Shown here one piece after another: positions 26,857-35,912 of a DNA stretch of 62,866 nt. The stretch lies in contig CALLGK010000284.1 of the NCBI GenBank assembly GCA_938009905.1, forward strand, positions 1-62,866. The letters are read 5' to 3'. The notes beneath the pieces were generated by a model that was not told the DNA's origin, did no database searches, and saw only the letters and a program-made list of their open reading frames with translations. The translations under genes and the position numbers were made by a program. How positions within the stretch are numbered: the stretch's first letter is position 1; each line of letters starts with the position of its first letter. This DNA comes from an uncultured Acidimicrobiales bacterium. GTDB taxonomy: Bacteria; Actinomycetota; Acidimicrobiia; Acidimicrobiales; SZUA-35.

Positions 26857-27771
26857 TCAGCCCCGTTCGGCAGCCTCATCATCTGCGGCGATCTCAACCA
26901 GCGACTTCATCACGTCCTGGTCGGCCATAACGGCAAGGAAGTCATCGTCGTAGGCCTTTTCGGGACGATCACGCACGAGCATGTCGAGCACGTGGGCATC
27001 TTCGCCAACGAGGATGCGCCAGCGACCTTCGCGCACGCCGTCGAGGATGACGTTGCCAGCTTGGTCGGCGGTCATCGGTGCTTCGTTTCGGAACGAGTTG
27101 CCGCGCTCGACGAGCTCTGGATCGTCGGCAAGGTCAGCGCCGTGCACGGCCGCTGAGTTGATGGCGATGCCGGTGCCGATGTGACCGGGCATCACCACGT
27201 GCGCGCTCAGGTTCGGGGCATTCAGCGCCAGGTCTTGAATGAGCGCCTCGGTGAATCCCTTCACCGCGAATTTTGCGGCCGAGTACGCCGTGTGCGGATG
27301 CGTTGGCCCAAGCGATGCCCAGAAGCCGTTGACGCTGCTGGTGTTCACGATGTGGCCACCGTCTGACTTCATGAGCGCCGGAAGGAACGTTCGGCAGCCG
27401 AGGTAGACACCACTCCAGCAGATCGAGAAGGTGCGCTCCCACGCGTCGCGCTCGTCGAGCACGAACGATCCGCCACCGCCGATGCCGGCATTGTTGAACA
27501 ACAGGTCGACCGTGTCTGTCTGGTGCTCGGCGAGCACTGCGTCACGAAAGGCGATGAGCGAGGCCTCGTCAGACACGTCGCACACGTGTGTGGTGATGCG
27601 AACATCGCCACTGGCCGCTGCCGTTGCGGCCACAAGCGTGTCGGCCATACCGGTCGGTGAGATGTCGCACATCGCGACGTGGCACCCCTCGGCTGCCAAC
27701 TGAACGGCGAGGCTTCTGCCCATTCCGTCGCCGCCACCGGTCACCACAGCAAGTTTGTTCTCGAAGCTCAT
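26857..27771 (-). CDS. SDR family oxidoreductase
   Basis: LAVVTGGGDGMGRSLA, NNAGIGGGG, and S...YSAAKFAVKG (YxxxK). Confidence 0.85.
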   Translation of the reverse strand: MSFENKLAVVTGGGDGMGRSLAVQLAAEGCHVAMCDISPTGMADTLVAATAAASGDVRITTHVCDVSDEASLIAFRDAVLAEHQTDTVDLLFNNAGIGGGGSFVLDERDAWERTFSICWSGVYLGCRTFLPALMKSDGGHIVNTSSVNGFWASLGPTHPHTAYSAAKFAVKGFTEALIQDLALNAPNLSAHVVMPGHIGTGIAINSAAVHGADLADDPELVERGNSFRNEAPMTADQAGNVILDGVREGRWRILVGEDAHVLDMLVRDRPEKAYDDDFLAVMADQDVMKSLVEIAADDEAAERG

Positions 27772-27826
27772 ACCGGGATTGGATCACAGGAAGGAGGAAA
27801 ACGACGAGACGAACTACGGTGCCGCC

Positions 27827-29194
27827 ATGTCGATTCTCGATGAGCTCACTGACCGGCTGCCCGCCGAGTGCATTCAGGCCGATAGCGACGTCATCGCCTC
27901 CTATGGGCAAGACCGGGCCATTTTCGAGGGCGCGGGGACCGCCGCCATCCTGGTGATGCCTCGGTCGACCGACGAAGTGGTGGCCACGGTCGAGGCAGCA
28001 AACGCGGCGAACGTGCCCATCGTGCCCCGGGGTGCTGGCACCGGCCTGACGGGAGCGGCCAATGCCATCGACGGCTGCGTGATGCTCTCGCTGCACCGGA
28101 TGAACAACATCCTCGACATTGACACGACCAACCGGACCGCCCGGGTGCAACCGGGCGTCATCAACTCCGACCTCAAGCAGGCGGTGGCTGCCGAGGGCCT
28201 CTTCTACCCGCCCGATCCGGCGTCTGTCGACATGTCGAGCATCGGCGGCAACGTTTCAACAAACGCTGGCGGCCTGTGCTGCGTGAAGTACGGCGTGACG
28301 CGCGACTACGTGATTGCGCTCGAAGTGGTGATGGCAAGCGGCGAGGTGATGCGCACCGGTCGCGAGACGTTGAAGTCCACCACTGGCTTTGACCTGACCG
28401 GGCTCTTTGTTGGGTCCGAGGGACTTCTCGGTGTGATCACCGAAGTGACCGTCAAGCTTGTCCCTGCTCCCCCACCACCATCGACGGCAGTCGCCTACTT
28501 CGATGAGCTACCCCACGCCGGCACCGCCATCGTCGACATCTTCCAGCAGGGCCATGAGCCAACGCTGATGGAGATCATGGACCAGGCGAGCCTTCAGCAA
28601 ATCGAGTCGGTCTACAAGATGGACATCGACACCTCGGCGGCCTGCCTCATCCTGATTCAGACCGCCGGTGATGAATCGTCAGCCCGCATCGCCGAGATCG
28701 CCCAGATCTGCACAGATCACGGCGCAACCTTCGTGTACCACGTCGATGATCCGCACGAAGGCGACATGCTCATTGAGGTGCGCCGCAAGTGCTGGCCTGC
28801 CTTCGAAACGCTGGGCAAGGCCCTGCTCCCAGAAGACGTCGCCGTGCCCCGTCAGCACTTGCCCGCGCTACTTGCTGGCATCGTCGAGATTGGCGAACGA
28901 CACAACGTTGCGCTGCCCACGATCGGTCACGCGGGCGACGGCAACATGCACCCGCTACTGGTGTTCGACGGTAACGATCCCGATGAGACGGCCAGGGTGA
29001 AGGCCGCCTTCGGCGAGATCGTTCGGCTGGCTCTGTCGTTGGACGGCACGATCGCTGGTGAACATGGTGTTGGCACGCTCAAACGCGAATTCGTCGACGA
29101 AGAACTCGACCCAATTCAGCTCGCCACCATGCGCTCACTGAAGGATTTGCTTGATCCAGCTGGTCGCTTCAACCCGGGAAAGAAGCTGACCTAG
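27827..29194 (+). CDS. FAD-linked oxidase (GlcD/D-lactate dehydrogenase-like)
   Basis: ATG 27827 (MSILDELTDRL...). FAD-binding PCMH-type region VPRGAGTGLTGAA, and C-terminal GTIAGEHGVGTLKREF with LDPAGRFNPGK. Confidence 0.85.
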   Translation: MSILDELTDRLPAECIQADSDVIASYGQDRAIFEGAGTAAILVMPRSTDEVVATVEAANAANVPIVPRGAGTGLTGAANAIDGCVMLSLHRMNNILDIDTTNRTARVQPGVINSDLKQAVAAEGLFYPPDPASVDMSSIGGNVSTNAGGLCCVKYGVTRDYVIALEVVMASGEVMRTGRETLKSTTGFDLTGLFVGSEGLLGVITEVTVKLVPAPPPPSTAVAYFDELPHAGTAIVDIFQQGHEPTLMEIMDQASLQQIESVYKMDIDTSAACLILIQTAGDESSARIAEIAQICTDHGATFVYHVDDPHEGDMLIEVRRKCWPAFETLGKALLPEDVAVPRQHLPALLAGIVEIGERHNVALPTIGHAGDGNMHPLLVFDGNDPDETARVKAAFGEIVRLALSLDGTIAGEHGVGTLKREFVDEELDPIQLATMRSLKDLLDPAGRFNPGKKLT

Positions 29195-29210
29195 CCGTCG
29201 CGAACGCACG

Positions 29211-30311
29211 TCAGACGCCGCAGGCGCTCTCAAGCACCACTGGGACGCCTGGCAGCTGAGTGTCGAACACCTCAGTTCCCCAGCCTTCGTAGATGAAGGG
29301 CTCGACAACGATCTCCATGACCCCGTCGCCATTGAGGTCGGCAAATGCCGTCTCGGGAAGCGACGAGTAGGACACGTACTGGGTGTAGATGCCGCTTTCT
29401 GCGCTGTCGTAGAGGTCTTCTGCGAGCTGGATCCCCGGCTCGTTACCCGTGGTGGCCGAGAAGCGCAACACGATGTTTTCGACGTTGTCGACATCGTCGA
29501 CTCTGCGGAGAATCAACATGGAGTAGTCGCCAACTCGGGAGCCATAGAAGTGGGGCTCACCGCTGCTCGCCACGATGAGCACCTCGTCAACCCCATCGTT
29601 CTGGAGATCAACCCGGCGCACGTCTGTGATGTTGACGGGAACGTCGAGGCCGGCGGCCTGCAGCTGCGTGGCCACAACCTCGACATGGACTGGCGCTGGT
29701 GAGATCGACTGCCCGGCGCTAGCCAGCAGTGCACCGTCAATGCCGGTTGCGGCGATCGGCTCGCCGTAGAGCGTCGACGATTCCAAGGAAAGAGAGCCGT
29801 CGGCGTTGTAACAAAACTCGGCGTCTTGAACGCTGAGTGACGTCAACCCGCTGGGAGATGTCGCCGACAATCCGTCAAGTGCTCCGGGGGCGACAGGGCC
29901 ATCAGCCCACGCGTTTCCGTCCCAGGCTCCGACGTATGCGCCGTTCGCGAAGACGTACCGAGGATTCGTGCCCGGCACCGGTGCCACGTTGTCATCGCTT
30001 CCAGTTTCGCCGGCGGCGTCATCGGCATCACCAGTGACATCACCGTTGTTGCTGCCGTTGCCGTTGGCGTCGCTCGCGCCACCGCCGTCACCCTCACCCT
30101 CGCCGTCGTCGAGGCTCGAGTCAGTGCTGTCGTCTTCAAGCGTCGTGGCAACGGTGTCTGTGGTCGGCGTAGCGGTGCCAATCTGTTCAGCTCCGTCTTG
30201 GCTGAGTGCCACGCCAGCGCCGATGCCCACGGCACCCACAACGGCCAGCCCGCCAAGAAGCCAACGCCGGCCGTTTGCATTCGCGCCACCGCTTGCATTG
30301 TGCTGGTTCAT
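29211..30311 (-). CDS. Secreted hypothetical protein with acidic low-complexity linker and FG-GAP/VCBS-like repeats
   Basis: Tat-like N-terminus NGRRWLLGGLAVVGAVGIGAG, a D/G/N-rich linker, and DLQNDGVDEVLIV and DLNGDGVMEIVV calcium-loop-like repeats. Confidence 0.55.
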   Translation of the reverse strand: MNQHNASGGANANGRRWLLGGLAVVGAVGIGAGVALSQDGAEQIGTATPTTDTVATTLEDDSTDSSLDDGEGEGDGGGASDANGNGSNNGDVTGDADDAAGETGSDDNVAPVPGTNPRYVFANGAYVGAWDGNAWADGPVAPGALDGLSATSPSGLTSLSVQDAEFCYNADGSLSLESSTLYGEPIAATGIDGALLASAGQSISPAPVHVEVVATQLQAAGLDVPVNITDVRRVDLQNDGVDEVLIVASSGEPHFYGSRVGDYSMLILRRVDDVDNVENIVLRFSATTGNEPGIQLAEDLYDSAESGIYTQYVSYSSLPETAFADLNGDGVMEIVVEPFIYEGWGTEVFDTQLPGVPVVLESACGV

Positions 30312-30404
30312 GGTCGTACCCCAATGAGCCCGGCGAGTCGGTATTCATACATGCGGCTCCATCTTTTTCTTCGGACGGAGCCTGTTGGGCTAAAGACCCT
30401 CGCC

Positions 30405-31319
30405 CTATTTCTTCTTGCGTTTGGAGTATTCCTTCAGCTTGCGCTTCTGATCGCTGCTCAGGCTCTCCATGCCAAACGCGTTCACCTGATCGAGGATCTC
30501 ATCGATCCCCATCTGGTCGAAGTCGTCAACACCGTTGTCGACCGGCGGGCCAGGTACGACGCTGAGGTCGGCGCCACCCTTGCGGCCGCGACGAGGACGA
30601 CGAGCTCGTTTGGGTGTCGGCGAAGCTGCTGCACCCGAGGCGCCCTTGCCGCCGCGCAGATCTGGGATGAAGTCGAGTTCTTCTGCGAGACCAAAGGCTT
30701 TGGCCGTCAGCAGCGTGCAGATCAGCGCCATGATCACCAAGATGATCAGCGCGGTGTTGCGAATTTCGATGACCTGCAACAAGCGGATCACAAAGAAGAC
30801 CGCACCAATGACCCAACCCGGTATGCCGAAAAAGAACTGGGCATTCGGGATGTGAGCGATGTAGCTGTAGAACAAGGCGCTCGAGAGCAAGCTGGCCGGA
30901 ATACCGACGATGAGCGGAGTTGGTGTGCCAGAAACTCCGGTGAGGTCGATCAGCTGCGCCAACACCGGCGGGGTCAGGATCAGAATCGCTAGGTATGAGC
31001 CCATGCGTTCCTTGCCACCCAAGGCTGCCTCAAGCTGTGTCCCGAACAGATAGATCATCACTGCGGTGATCACGGTCCACAGCGACGGCTCGTTTGGTAT
31101 CCACCAGGTGAGCATCCGCCAGATCTCGCCGGCCCGGACTGACGGCCCAATGTAGGGAAGCAGTCGTCCGAATGGACCCCCAATGCCTTCGGCGGCACGA
31201 ACGAACATGCTGACCAAAACGACAAGGCTGACGATGCCAGCTGAGCCAATGTCGAAGGTGCCGATGCGGAACCACGGGTCGCCGGTTTCGGCGAATCTGC
31301 TTGGGCGGAAGTTAAACAC
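30405..31319 (-). CDS. Rhomboid-like membrane protein (catalytic motifs not evident) with Lys-rich cytoplasmic tail
   Basis: GEIWRMLTWW...LFGTQLEAALGG resembles the rhomboid WR-motif/TM2 region, with about 6 TM segments. I could not find GxSG or the TM6 His by eye. The tail is an R/K/G/P-rich linker plus DEILDQVNAFGMESLSSDQKRKLKEYSKRKKK. Confidence 0.5.
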   Translation of the reverse strand: MFNFRPSRFAETGDPWFRIGTFDIGSAGIVSLVVLVSMFVRAAEGIGGPFGRLLPYIGPSVRAGEIWRMLTWWIPNEPSLWTVITAVMIYLFGTQLEAALGGKERMGSYLAILILTPPVLAQLIDLTGVSGTPTPLIVGIPASLLSSALFYSYIAHIPNAQFFFGIPGWVIGAVFFVIRLLQVIEIRNTALIILVIMALICTLLTAKAFGLAEELDFIPDLRGGKGASGAAASPTPKRARRPRRGRKGGADLSVVPGPPVDNGVDDFDQMGIDEILDQVNAFGMESLSSDQKRKLKEYSKRKKK

Positions 31320-31465
31320 GAGCCTTCAGTATCGCAGGATCTCGGCGCGATGATGGGTCTCTTGTGTTCTCACGACCTCTCTCCGCGCTCATTGTGCACT
31401 GCGGGCCGCTACGCAGTGGCGTTCTCACCAGCCAAACAAGCCTCCGCGCAGAGGCTGAACAGGCG

Positions 31466-32650
31466 CTAGCTCGTGGAGACGTCGAGGCTCAAGCTGTCCT
31501 CGTCTTGGCCGCTTTCCCGGCGGCGAGCACGCTTTTGCTCGTACATCGCGGCGTCGGCGAGACGGATCATGCGGCCGATGTCGTCACCGTGTTCGCTCCG
31601 TCGGCCACCGATAGATACGCCAAGGCACAACTCGAGGCTTCCAACATGCATCGGACGTTCTAGAGCCTGGCGGATCCGGGGAACCAACTTGCTGTCGTGA
31701 TCCGGGTCGACGACTGCAACGACGGCGAACTCATCGCCGCCAAGTCGGGCTGCGCAGTCGGTGGACCGCACCACGGCATCGAGTCGTTCGCCAACGGCAG
31801 CCAGCACTGCATCACCCACGTCGTGCCCGTGTTCATCGTTTACCGCTTTGAAGCCATCGAGGTCGACGTAGGCCACCTCGACAATTTCATCGGTGCCCGT
31901 GAGACCTTCAACGAATCGACGAAGACCGGCTCGATTGTGAAGCCCGGTGAGTGAATCGGTGTGGACTTGGTGGTCGAGGTTCTTGTTTGCGTGGCGCAGT
32001 TCGTTGACGAGGTTGGCGTTCTTCTCTTCGAATTGGCGAGCGTCTCGGAACATCGCCCCTGCCTCGCGATTGTCGAGCATCAGAATGACGCCGACCAAAA
32101 CGGCGCCAGGCCCGAATGCCAGGCCGAAGATGCCGCCGACGAGGGCCGCACTCACCACGGTTCCGATCACCACGGGAACGGCGAGAGCCAGGAACGTCGT
32201 TGACCGCCCGTACCCGAGCAGCACATTGGCAGCCACGACGGCAACCGCACACACAAGCAAACCAAACCACTGCGGCGTGATGTCGCCTTCGGCCATCGGC
32301 ACGAGGCTCGGTGCAAACCCGCTGAGTGTGCCCATCGGTACGAGGGCGTACTCAAGACGCTTTGTCCACATGAGCTGCTCGTCAAACGTCGTTGCTTTGA
32401 GACCTTCTGATGCTGTCCATGCCGCAACGGTGCGGCTCACAACCATGGCGGTGACCACGACGACTGAGAGGGCCACGGACACGCCGCCGGTGATCAGCAG
32501 TGCTGAGATCACCACGGCTGCGGTCAGCAGGCCAAGGCGAAGCGTCCGCTTGATCGAGGAAAACGACGCTTCCATGGCGGCGCGTGCAACGTAGGCGTCG
32601 CCTCGATCTTGTCGTCCTGCTGGTGCAGGGTGGTCGCCCATGAAGTCCAC
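31466..32650 (-). CDS. Membrane-bound diguanylate cyclase (GGDEF domain)
   Basis: Multi-TM N-terminus, then DSLTGLHNRAGL, VAYVDLDGFKAVNDEHGHDVGD and RLGGDEFAVV. Confidence 0.85.
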   Translation of the reverse strand: MDFMGDHPAPAGRQDRGDAYVARAAMEASFSSIKRTLRLGLLTAAVVISALLITGGVSVALSVVVVTAMVVSRTVAAWTASEGLKATTFDEQLMWTKRLEYALVPMGTLSGFAPSLVPMAEGDITPQWFGLLVCAVAVVAANVLLGYGRSTTFLALAVPVVIGTVVSAALVGGIFGLAFGPGAVLVGVILMLDNREAGAMFRDARQFEEKNANLVNELRHANKNLDHQVHTDSLTGLHNRAGLRRFVEGLTGTDEIVEVAYVDLDGFKAVNDEHGHDVGDAVLAAVGERLDAVVRSTDCAARLGGDEFAVVAVVDPDHDSKLVPRIRQALERPMHVGSLELCLGVSIGGRRSEHGDDIGRMIRLADAAMYEQKRARRRESGQDEDSLSLDVSTS

Positions 32651-32710
32651 GATCTCAATATCGGAGGGGTTTTCGGCCGACTAAAGCGGCCCGGGCTGGA
32701 CTGCGATGGA

Positions 32711-33997
32711 TCAGGCGGGGTCAACGACGAGCCACTCGACACCGTCTTCGGTGTCGCGCACTTCAATGCCAGCAGCCGTCAGCCCATCTCGCAGCGCATC
32801 TGAGACGGCGAATGCCTTCTCGGTGCGAGCCACCGCCCGGGCGTTGAGGGCGGCCTCTACTACCGGGCCGAGCACCTCGCGTTCATCGCGCAAACCGCCC
32901 GTGGCAACAGTGCCGAGCCGCGAAATCATCGACCGGAGCGCGGCTCGAGCCTGGTCGGCTTCGTCGGACTGCAATGTGTCGCGAGACCATTCCACGATGG
33001 CCATCTCGAGGTTGAGAATTGCCGCAACCGCGGCGTCTGCGTCGCCGTTGGCAACCGCCTGATCGAACTCGGCTTCGAGTGATCGAGCTGCGTCTGCGAG
33101 CGAGAGCGCACCATCGGCCGTTGCGGGCTCGGATGCGGCCTCATCAGCGGCTTCGTCGACTGGAGCTGCGGCGGGAGCAGCCGTTGCGCTACCACCGAGC
33201 GAGGCTCCGCCACTGCGGAGCACATCGATCGACACCGTCTCACCTGTTTCGATGCGCACCGACTCGCCGTTTCGGCGCAGCGTGACGGCTCCCTTGCCAA
33301 CGATCTCCGCGGTGTCTGCGTCGAGATCCATGATGACGCCGGTGTGCTCATCGATGCCGAGCACGAACGCGCCATCGGGAAGCTCAGGTTCGAGCATCGC
33401 AAGACGTCGCTCGCCGAGGTAACAGAAGCGGGTGTCGTGATTGCCGCCCTCGGTGTTGTCGTAGTGGGGAATCACGGCGGCGTTGATGCCAAGCGGGGCG
33501 ATGAGGTTGAGGCCATCGATCCAGAACGGATCAACGCCAACCTTGTACACCTCGTAGACGGGCACGGTCACGACGCCAAGTGTCAAGGCCGCGGCGGACG
33601 AAAAGACGACAGCACCACCGCTGGCGAGCTTGTCAGCGAGAGCGCCTGGGATCGGCGTTGGTTCCCACTGCCGGAGGGCGAACGTTGGGCTGCCGGGCCC
33701 GGCGAACACCCACTGTGCGGCCCGGATGTTGGCGACAGCCCGCTCAATACCGGCAACGTCGCCGGTGTCGGTGCGAAACAGCCCTGCCGCCTCGACGGGA
33801 CGACCAACGGTCTCTCGGAAATATTCCGTGCTCTTCTCGGCCAGGATCGGCGCGTTCTCCTGGAACCCGAACGGCGTGTCGAGCATGACGGCATCAACGT
33901 TGTCACCGATGCGATCGAAGATCTGACGGTGCGGCACACGCATCGTTGGTGCGGTCTCGCCGGACCCCATGATGGCAAGAATGCGAGGAAGGCTCAT
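32711..33997 (-). CDS. Hypothetical fusion protein: GATase1/peptidase-S51-like N-domain + Ala/Asp-rich linker + CysRS C-terminal-like helical domain
   Basis: The N-terminus ILAIMGSGETAPTM...VFAGPGSPTFAL...AAVIPHYDNTEGG is weakly S51/cyanophycinase-like. The C-terminus FDQAVANGDADAAVAAILNLEMAI...ARAVARTEKAFAVSDALRDGLTAAGIEVRDTEDGVEW matches the C-terminal pattern of cysteinyl-tRNA synthetases. Confidence 0.5.
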   Translation of the reverse strand: MSLPRILAIMGSGETAPTMRVPHRQIFDRIGDNVDAVMLDTPFGFQENAPILAEKSTEYFRETVGRPVEAAGLFRTDTGDVAGIERAVANIRAAQWVFAGPGSPTFALRQWEPTPIPGALADKLASGGAVVFSSAAALTLGVVTVPVYEVYKVGVDPFWIDGLNLIAPLGINAAVIPHYDNTEGGNHDTRFCYLGERRLAMLEPELPDGAFVLGIDEHTGVIMDLDADTAEIVGKGAVTLRRNGESVRIETGETVSIDVLRSGGASLGGSATAAPAAAPVDEAADEAASEPATADGALSLADAARSLEAEFDQAVANGDADAAVAAILNLEMAIVEWSRDTLQSDEADQARAALRSMISRLGTVATGGLRDEREVLGPVVEAALNARAVARTEKAFAVSDALRDGLTAAGIEVRDTEDGVEWLVVDPA

Positions 33998-34935
33998 GGT
34001 GCGGATGCTCCACTCGTTGGAAAGAAGTCTGGTTCGTTCACGGCTCGATGCAGAAGGCTCGACACCTGGTCGGGATGTTGGGCGTGCACATCATGATGGG
34101 CGGGCCGGAACCACTCGACTCTGCTCGTGGCGAGTCGTTCTGCAGCGACATCAACGGAGGCCTCTTTGCCTTCGGTGTTGTGACCGTCATCGGCCTGGAT
34201 GATGAGCACTGGCATCTCAAGGTCGTTGTATCGGGGAAGCGGGTCGTAGTCCCACATGCCTCGCAACACCAGAAGATGGCGCTCGAAGGTCAACCACGGC
34301 GCGATCGTGCCGTCGGCGCGAACGTCAAAGCTCGCGAGGGTTCCAGCGCGGCCTTCTTCTGGCCAATCTGCCGCGCCTTGCGCCAACCAGTTGTCGATCA
34401 CCGAGCGTGGCTTGCCAAGAAGAGCAGGCGGGGCGAGCTGGTCCGACGCCTCTTCCCACGAAGGCGCTCGTTGCTTCAAGCCACCGAGCACTCCATCAAC
34501 ACAGGCCAGAGTCTTCACGACATCGGGATGCCGCCCACCAAGTTCGAGAACGACGCTGGCTCCCCACGACTGCCCGGCCACGGCTGCTGAACTCCAACCG
34601 AGGTCGTTGATGAGCAGGTGGAGATCGTCGGCGACGGTGGCCATGTCGTAGCCATCGTCTGGCTTTGACGATTGACCGTGGCCCCGCTGATCGATGGCGA
34701 CGACCGGATGGCCAAGCGCAGCAAGCCGTCTGGCCACGCCATCCCAGAGCCGGGCATTGGACGCCAGGCCGTGCACCAGGAGCCACGGCACCGGGCTGCC
34801 CTCGGCAGAACCGGCCGGCACGAGCGCAGGCGGCCAGTGGATGGCGCTCAGTGTTACACCCGACGTGAGCTGATGGTCGACTCGCGATGGGCGAACGTCT
34901 GCTGGCAGATCAGGCCACTCGTTTGCGGTTGTCAC
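33994..34935 (-). CDS. Alpha/beta hydrolase
   Basis: WLLVHGLASNARLWDGV...DQRGHGQS and nucleophile elbow GQSWGA. GTG 34935 forms a GTGA overlap with the upstream stop. ATGA overlap with the downstream gene. Confidence 0.8.
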   Translation of the reverse strand: MTTANEWPDLPADVRPSRVDHQLTSGVTLSAIHWPPALVPAGSAEGSPVPWLLVHGLASNARLWDGVARRLAALGHPVVAIDQRGHGQSSKPDDGYDMATVADDLHLLINDLGWSSAAVAGQSWGASVVLELGGRHPDVVKTLACVDGVLGGLKQRAPSWEEASDQLAPPALLGKPRSVIDNWLAQGAADWPEEGRAGTLASFDVRADGTIAPWLTFERHLLVLRGMWDYDPLPRYNDLEMPVLIIQADDGHNTEGKEASVDVAAERLATSRVEWFRPAHHDVHAQHPDQVSSLLHRAVNEPDFFPTSGASAP

Positions 34936-35912
34936 TCGCTTCCTCGCGACGCGATCTCGTCGAGAAGGGCGAGCATGGCGATCGTGTTGTCTGATGATCG
35001 GGGCCACGGTTCAACGCCTCTGGCCGCCAGCGCAAACGCATCAACCATCCGGCGATAGAGATTGGCCGGTTCGACAGACACGGTGGTCGTTTGGCCATCG
35101 CGCTGCACCAGCGCATCGGTTGCCGCAGCCCCACCGGTGAACGCATTGTCTTCGAGCAGGATCGTGCCAGTGGTTCCGACAAGCTCGAGGCGTTGTTGTT
35201 CATCTTCTACGAACGAACAGCGGATCGAGGCCCGACGTCCGTCAGCCCAATGCAGCTCTGACGCAGTGGTGGCATCGACGGGGCCCGAGGCGCCCTCTTG
35301 GACAGCAGACCACTCGATAGATGTGTCGATGTTGACTGGATGATGCCCCCAAAGTGCCTCGACCGCGCCCAGGCAATAGACGCCAACGTCGGCGAGCGCT
35401 CCCCCACCCTTCTCAGGGTTCCACCGATAGTTGGCGGCTCCGTCCGGCCCAATCGTGAAGGTGAACGACGCCTGGATCGATTGCAGATCACCGATGGCGC
35501 CGTCCCTCACCATGTCGATCACGGCAGACCAGCGAGGATCGAAGGGCGTCATCCACGCCTCGGCGAGCAGCACGCCAGCATCTGCTGCGATCTGAAACAT
35601 CTCGGTGGTTTCGGTGGCGTCTAGCCCGAGTGGTTTCTCGCACAGCACGTGCTTGCCGGCCTGCATTGCGGCTGTGGCCCAGCGCCGATGGAGATTGTTT
35701 GGTAACGGGATGTAGACGGCCTCGACGCGTTCATCGGAGATGAGGTCGTCATAGCTGCCAACGTCGAGATGAGCGACGTGGTCTGGAACCGCGCCCGACG
35801 CCGCCGCCACCGCAACAACCTCGGCATGGCTGCTCTCGGCGATCGCTCCGTAGAGCGCTCGCTCGGCGATCATTGACCGAGCGCCGACGACGCCAATTCG
35901 CAACGGGTCCAT
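34932..35912 (-). CDS. Gfo/Idh/MocA family oxidoreductase
   Basis: MDPLRIGVVGARSMIAERA (Rossmann) and HVLCEKPL (EKP motif). Confidence 0.85.
   Translation of the reverse strand: MDPLRIGVVGARSMIAERALYGAIAESSHAEVVAVAAASGAVPDHVAHLDVGSYDDLISDERVEAVYIPLPNNLHRRWATAAMQAGKHVLCEKPLGLDATETTEMFQIAADAGVLLAEAWMTPFDPRWSAVIDMVRDGAIGDLQSIQASFTFTIGPDGAANYRWNPEKGGGALADVGVYCLGAVEALWGHHPVNIDTSIEWSAVQEGASGPVDATTASELHWADGRRASIRCSFVEDEQQRLELVGTTGTILLEDNAFTGGAAATDALVQRDGQTTTVSVEPANLYRRMVDAFALAARGVEPWPRSSDNTIAMLALLDEIASRGSE

Noticed and set aside
27788-27800. Strong Shine-Dalgarno-like AGGAAGGAGGAAA upstream of the FAD-oxidase gene.
   Set aside because: No in-frame ATG/GTG/TTG lies within 5-12 nt downstream. The first plausible start (ATG 27827, with a family-typical N-terminus) is 30 nt away, so I did not annotate the site as an RBS.
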